NCBI GenBank assembly: GCA_035491515.1
Contig: DATJKM010000164.1
Location: 7,640-71,639, forward strand
DNA length: 64,000 nucleotides
Source of the DNA: Candidatus Udaeobacter sp.
GTDB taxonomy: Bacteria; Bacillota; Bacilli; Paenibacillales; Paenibacillaceae
Direction of reading: 5' to 3'
Within the stretch, counting starts at the first letter, position 1; every line of letters begins with the position of its first letter. Of this stretch, positions 59,487 through 64,000 are shown in pieces. The notes beneath the pieces are model-generated. The model worked only from the letters and a program-made list of their open reading frames with translations. It made no database searches and was not told where the DNA came from. Both the position numbers and the translations under genes were made by a program.

Positions 59487-59627
59487 TTAGTTAGTTAGGA
59501 CGAGGAGCATTCGGTTAGATACGTAAACCTCAACAAGGGCTGCCGCAAATAGAATGAATAGAGCTGCAGGAACGGTCTTCTTGAGCGTATCCCAATAAAA
59601 TTGTTTAATTTGCTCATAATCCTGCAC
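59487..59627 (-). CDS. possible 46-codon membrane peptide (not in ORF track)
   Basis: GTG...DYEQIKQFYWDTLKKTVPAALFILFAAALVEVYVSNRMLLVLTN. It fills the gap between two genes, but there is no RBS. Confidence 0.25.
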   Translation of the reverse strand: MQDYEQIKQFYWDTLKKTVPAALFILFAAALVEVYVSNRMLLVLTN

Positions 59628-59629
59628 TT

Positions 59630-59851
59630 TTACGAGGCAATACTTGCTTTGGTTGACAAATGATAAGCATTAATAATGGCGTAGATCCAAACGATTGGAT
59701 AGACGAAAATACCTATAATAAGTGACATCATCATAATAGAGACAAACTCCAACAGAAGTAAGACAACACCCTTTTTTACGTGACCCAAATATAAATGACC
59801 AAGACCCGGGTAGATCACAGAAAGTAAAATAGCTAACCATGGCTTCTTCAT
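59630..59851 (-). CDS. small two-TM membrane protein
   Basis: MKKPWLAILLSVIYPGLGHLYLG...; ATG after GGGGGTGA. Confidence 0.6.
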   Translation of the reverse strand: MKKPWLAILLSVIYPGLGHLYLGHVKKGVVLLLLEFVSIMMMSLIIGIFVYPIVWIYAIINAYHLSTKASIAS

Positions 59852-60223
59852 AAACTTCACCCCCATTCTCGATATGTTGTTTCAATCTTATGGGGAAGTG
59901 CAAACATTCTTTAATATACTCCGGTATCCTTGAGGTATTGACCACTTGCTTGAAGCAGTGGTCTTTCTCTCGTTATCAGGCCGGAACGGAAGAAGCTTGG
60001 TGCTTTCAAAAAAAGTAAACCGGAAACTAAATATGTCATATAATTCCACGCAATGTAAATTTGTATTTTCCGAAAATAAGTTTGCGCCACGCAAACGAGG
60101 GCTTAGTCAGTCCACCTCTCGGCAAACCTTCCCAGCCCATGCCCGCTTTGAACGGCGCGAAACGGCCGGCCGAGTGCTGCTTATTCCCAAACGGGACTGC
60201 GAGTATAATCGGCTCCTGCACAC

Positions 60224-60267
60224 AAAAGCCGGGAGACACCTCATGGGGTGGCTTCCCGGCCTTTTTT
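60224..60267. terminator. bidirectional Rho-independent terminator
   Basis: AGCCGGGAG / CTTCCCGGC stem; T6 on + strand and TTTTGTGTG on - strand (after kinase paralog B). Confidence 0.7.
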
Positions 60268-60300
60268 GCTGCTTTGATTCATCTATCCCTTATGCTGTAT

Positions 60301-61596
60301 TTATTCAATAGGCAGGATGATATCGACGGTCGTCCCTTGATCTACCTTACTTTTTATTGATATACGCCCATTGTGTCCTTCTATTATTTTATTCGTTACC
60401 ATTAATCCGAGCCCCGTTCCAGTCTCTTTAGTAGAATGAAACGGTTCGCCCAGCTTTGGCAGTTGTTCCTCAGGAATACCTATGCCTTGATCAATAAACC
60501 GGATTAATATTTCATTAGGCTGAATATTTTTAATTTGAATACGGATTATGCCTCCGTTATTCATCGCTTCCAGAGCATTTTTAAGAATGTTAATAAAAAC
60601 CTGCTTCATCTGATTTTCATCACACTTGATTAAGGAAATGTCACTATCATATTCGGTTATCATTTGCACATTTATAAGGTTGGCCTGTGCGCTAAGCAGC
60701 AGTACGATACTCTGCAGAATACTTTCCAAATTTTTTTCTTCCAGAGAGCGGACTGCCTGCGGATTCGAAACAATCATAAATTCATTTACGATAAAATTGA
60801 TTCGTTCGATCTCGGCTTGCATAATCTCAAAATAATTTTCATAACCAAGATTTTTCGAATTTAATAATTGTAAAAACCCTTTCAAAGAAGTCAACGGATT
60901 CCGGATTTCATGCGCAACCCCCGCTGCCAATTGACCAACCACGGAAAGCTTTTCCGACTTCCTGATCATTTCCTCTGTTCGCTTTCGCTCTGTTATGTCT
61001 CTCATCACATTTTGAATCACGGGCTTACCCAAATATTTATCAATACAGATGCATGAGGTTTCGACATCGATAATCTCTCCGTCTAATCGGATAATCTTCT
61101 GCTCCACGCATTCCGAACGTTCTTCCGTCGGTATAATAGACCGGCTTCGTTCTATCTCCATCTCATGATAGTCGGGATGTAAAAAATCAAAGATTGGTTT
61201 TCCTACTACTTCCTCAATTGTGGTCGCCCCAACTACTTTCAAAGCAGCATCGTTCGCATAAATCAAAATACCGTCGCTATGAATCGTTATGGGTTCAGGC
61301 GAAAGCTTAATGATTCTACGGTATCTGGACTCGTTGTCACGAAGCATTTCTTCTATTTGATTCCGCCTATAATTATTTATCTGCATAAGTAAATAAAGCA
61401 GCCATGCCATTACAACGACAAAGAAACAGCCTTTAATCGTTTGTATTCTAGTTATAATTTCCGCATCCTTGAAAAATATAACCAATACATTATCAGTCAG
61501 TACAATCCACAGAACTGTAATAAGTACATAGATGAATACTATTTTTAATATGTTCCGCCTTCCATTGGACTTTTCTTGTCTGTTTGAGTCCATCAT
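60301..61596 (-). CDS. PAS-domain sensor histidine kinase, paralog B
   Basis: Collinear with 34414-35706 and identical over long stretches. Confidence 0.85.
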   Translation of the reverse strand: MMDSNRQEKSNGRRNILKIVFIYVLITVLWIVLTDNVLVIFFKDAEIITRIQTIKGCFFVVVMAWLLYLLMQINNYRRNQIEEMLRDNESRYRRIIKLSPEPITIHSDGILIYANDAALKVVGATTIEEVVGKPIFDFLHPDYHEMEIERSRSIIPTEERSECVEQKIIRLDGEIIDVETSCICIDKYLGKPVIQNVMRDITERKRTEEMIRKSEKLSVVGQLAAGVAHEIRNPLTSLKGFLQLLNSKNLGYENYFEIMQAEIERINFIVNEFMIVSNPQAVRSLEEKNLESILQSIVLLLSAQANLINVQMITEYDSDISLIKCDENQMKQVFINILKNALEAMNNGGIIRIQIKNIQPNEILIRFIDQGIGIPEEQLPKLGEPFHSTKETGTGLGLMVTNKIIEGHNGRISIKSKVDQGTTVDIILPIE

Positions 61597-61808
61597 AATT
61601 CCCTTCTTTTCCCTATAAGTTAATTCGAGCCTGTGGACGATGGGATTGTCAGGGATAGAGCTCCAATCGCTTCAGCTGTCTGATTTCATTCTCTGCAACG
61701 GGTAACAATCAGCATATGTAGAGCGTCTTTTCAAAAGGGATTTACATTTAGTTTTTTTACATAAAAAGTATTAACTGAATGATATTATCCTTTTTTACCT
61801 TATTTAAC

Positions 61809-61822
61809 GGAAAATATTTTCC
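61809..61822. promoter_or_regulatory. perfect palindrome GGAAAATATTTTCC
   Basis: Read directly; related to 62109-62126. Confidence 0.35.
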
Positions 61823-62070
61823 TAACATGACCGAGTATAAGACAATTTATTTTCCTAGTCAATGCTAATTTGGATAATTTCCAACGATCATGCTAGGATT
61901 TAATTTTAAGTTAACAATGAACGCACACAGCACGGGTTGAATAATAGCCTGCAGCCCCATTATGCTGAGACATCCCTTATAAACTAAGCAGCCAGCGGTA
62001 TTTATGTTCACAAATAATTAATGCTGCAAAGCAGAAAATTCCTATTCGGTTGCAGACAATTTGTTTTCTA

Positions 62071-62099
62071 TTGCAAATTGAATTGACGTGAAATATAAT
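62071..62099 (+). promoter_or_regulatory. candidate sigma-A promoter of the LacI-family gene
   Basis: TTGCAA-17 nt-TATAAT. Confidence 0.45.
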
Positions 62100-62108
62100 T
62101 TGTCTACT

Positions 62109-62126
62109 CAGGAAAAAATTTTCCTG
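62109..62126. promoter_or_regulatory. palindromic operator candidate CAGGAAAA-AA-TTTTCCTG
   Basis: 8-bp perfect arms located about +5 to +20 of the predicted promoter. Confidence 0.4.
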
Positions 62127-62164
62127 CATTTGAATCGGTCAATCTCATTCGGGAGGTGATGAAC

Positions 62165-63154
62165 ATGAAAATAACGATAAATGATATAGCAAAAATGGCC
62201 GGGGTTTCTATTTCTACAGTCTCAAGAGTGCTCAATAACAGCAAACCCGTTAAAGAGGAAGCACGGAAACGGGTTATGGAAGCAATCAAGCAAACCGACT
62301 ATCGCCATAGCGCTTTAGCGGGCGGTGTTAAGAAAAGTGAATCTTGTCTGATCGGCGTCATTATTCCGTTATATATCCATACGGTATTGGACGAGTTTAT
62401 CATTGGCATCAAAAACGTAGCCAATTTATATGGGTATGACGTTTTGATAACACAAACAGATGGTACCATCGAAAGCGAGCTTCATCATTTGAAGCTATTT
62501 CGCAAACTCCAAACTCACGGCATTATTTTCGCAGGAACGCCTATACATAAAAAACATGCCGACTTTATCGAAAGCACACCGTGCATTGCGATCGGCCAAA
62601 TCTCAAGCATTCCTTCCATTCCTTCTGTACATGTGGATAACATAACGGCTGCATATGAAGCTGTAACCTCCCTGATACATAAGGGCCACCGCAATATTGC
62701 GATAATACGCGGCACAGGCATATCGGCCGTAGGTGGAGAGCGTTTTATAGGCTACCGGCAGGCTTTAACGGAGGCGGGTATCTCTATACGCAAAGATTGG
62801 GTCGTGGATAGTGAGTTTTCCGTTGAGGAGGGAATGAGGGCGATGGGCAGAATTGCAGCATCAGGTTTGTTGCCTACCGCTGTATTTTGTTCAACGGATC
62901 TCATGGCTCTGGGAGCGATGAATTATTTACTCGACAATGGCCTTCGCATCCCTGAAGACATTTCCGTTTTCGGCTTTGACGGCACCTACATGTCAACAAT
63001 AGTAAGACCTAGACTTTCGACAGTGGAATATTCCGCTACGGAGATCGGCATGACGGCTGCCCGCAATCTGTTCAAAATGATCAAAGGCGCCACGGATATT
63101 CCGCAGCATACCAATGTCACGCATTATTTAGCGATTCGCGACAGCACGCATTGA
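62165..63154 (+). CDS. LacI family transcriptional regulator
   Basis: MKITINDIAKMAGVSISTVSRVLNN HTH plus Peripla_BP_3-type core; ATG 8 nt after GGAGG. Confidence 0.85.
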   Translation: MKITINDIAKMAGVSISTVSRVLNNSKPVKEEARKRVMEAIKQTDYRHSALAGGVKKSESCLIGVIIPLYIHTVLDEFIIGIKNVANLYGYDVLITQTDGTIESELHHLKLFRKLQTHGIIFAGTPIHKKHADFIESTPCIAIGQISSIPSIPSVHVDNITAAYEAVTSLIHKGHRNIAIIRGTGISAVGGERFIGYRQALTEAGISIRKDWVVDSEFSVEEGMRAMGRIAASGLLPTAVFCSTDLMALGAMNYLLDNGLRIPEDISVFGFDGTYMSTIVRPRLSTVEYSATEIGMTAARNLFKMIKGATDIPQHTNVTHYLAIRDSTH

Positions 63155-63400
63155 GCTGCATAGCTGACTCAGGTTAATGTTTCGTTATCAATTAGTTATC
63201 ACCAATAGATTACATTAAATAAAGTCGAGTTAATAGCAAATTAACAGACATCTTACACTAAAAAACAGATTTATATAATCACTATAACTCCCAAGTGCAG
63301 GCACTCTTGATCGCTCCCTCCCGTTGAGCATAGAGAAAGAGCAAGTTAGTTCCTCTCCGCGAATGTCCTACATATAATGGCTTCTGGAGGTGAATATATT

Positions 63401-63634
63401 TTGCTACAAATGCCATGGTATACAAAGGCTGTGGGGTTAGTCGGCCAGCCTGTCGGAGTGTCATTGGTTAACGGGCAAGGTGTAACGGGGGTTTTATGCA
63501 GCGTCACCGGAGGCACCGTGGTCCTGCAAGAATACTTGTACCAAAGCCAATTTGCCACCAAACAATACCCTTTCAATACGATTCAGGATATTAATTCATT
63601 TCCGGGCTGCAGCGTTCCCGGCGCTTTGTTTTGA
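63401..63634 (+). CDS. small hypothetical protein (Gly/Val-rich beta-type N-terminus)
   Basis: GGAGGTGA upstream of TTG 63401 (ATG alternative at 63410); GQPVGVSLVNGQGVTGVLCSVTGGTVVL. Confidence 0.45.
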   Translation: MLQMPWYTKAVGLVGQPVGVSLVNGQGVTGVLCSVTGGTVVLQEYLYQSQFATKQYPFNTIQDINSFPGCSVPGALF

Positions 63635-63653
63635 CATCCAATATTTCTGGACG

Positions 63654-63699
63654 CAAAAAAACGAACCGTTCAAGAGTCGCCTTGACGGTTCGTTTTTTA
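63654..63699. terminator. bidirectional terminator
   Basis: ACGAACCGTTCAAG / CTTGACGGTTCGT stem flanked by A7 and T6. Confidence 0.75.
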
Positions 63700-63712
63700 C
63701 GTTAATCTAATG

Positions 63713-64000
63713 CTACCTAAAATCAGGAGGAATACGGCGTGCAATTCCTGTTAATATTGCCGCTTCGATGACAGCATTTCTGACTTTAGCGACGACCTGA
63801 TCATTAAATATACTTGGAATAATATATTGTTCGTTTAATTCTTTTTCAGTCACAACTGAAGCGATGGCCCTTGCTGCAGCGAGTTTCATTGGCTCGTTAA
63901 TGCAGAGAGCCCGGCAATCAAGCGCACCTCTGAAAATTCCGGGGAAAACTAGTACGTTGTTGATTTGGTTTGGATAGTCGCTTCGACCGGTTGCAAACAC
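63713..64000 (-). CDS. NAD(P)-dependent malic enzyme, C-terminal fragment (runs off the window)
   Basis: NNVLVFPGIFRGALD motif typical of malic enzymes. Confidence 0.75.
   Translation of the reverse strand: MFATGRSDYPNQINNVLVFPGIFRGALDCRALCINEPMKLAAARAIASVVTEKELNEQYIIPSIFNDQVVAKVRNAVIEAAILTGIARRIPPDFR

Noticed and set aside
60040-60267. Assignment to a known riboswitch class (ykkC/guanidine-I, c-di-GMP-I, SAM-I)
   Set aside because: Only isolated 8-15-nt fragments resemble conserved boxes. Their order, strand and the missing partner motifs (for example CUAGGGUUCCG and GGUCCGAGAG for ykkC) do not fit, and there is no appropriate downstream gene on the + strand.

Overview
The window looks like a Paenibacillaceae-type Firmicute chromosome segment of roughly 50% GC. 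This rests on family-level recognition by eye; no searches were run. About 80% of it is coding and most genes lie on the minus strand.

Content is dominated by carbohydrate uptake and sensing:
- Three separate sugar ABC transporter modules, each next to a YesM/YesN-type pair (histidine kinase plus CheY-AraC response regulator).
- One module sits beside a GH95 alpha-L-fucosidase.
- One module is an mglBAC-like galactose/glucose transporter with an extra membrane-anchored binding-protein paralog, giving a three-component sensor layout.

Other recognisable genes are exoA, murI, an LTA-synthase-family protein, glgC-glgD followed by a GH15 enzyme, a TetR/SDR pair, a LacI regulator and an ABC-2 exporter-like operon. 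There are also two near-identical PAS sporulation-type histidine kinases about 26 kb apart, a SET-domain protein, and MOSC, DUF2238 and DUF2569 proteins. A malic enzyme 3' end lies at the right edge.

I saw no rRNA, tRNA, true CRISPR array, transposase, integrase or phage genes, and no recognisable multi-gene defence system.

The unexplained signal is mostly non-coding:
- (i) Four intergenic arrays of AT-rich hairpin repeats separated by non-conserved linkers of about 20-60 nt: 6279-6412, 24143-24432, 38648-38840, and a 2.3-copy 124-bp tandem repeat at 48752-49046.
- (ii) A decayed left-end patch (1-4600) holding an orphan ParB-like gene, a 12-nt motif present four times and a 98-nt hairpin.
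- (iii) A GC-rich, terminator-capped, non-coding island at about 60040-60267.
- (iv) Paired palindromic operators for the TetR and LacI regulators.

Unusual protein architectures are a LysM-GMC oxidoreductase fusion, a PhyH dioxygenase-HEAT repeat fusion, and glgCD-GH15 without a glycogen synthase. All functional calls are family-level inferences from the translated ORFs.
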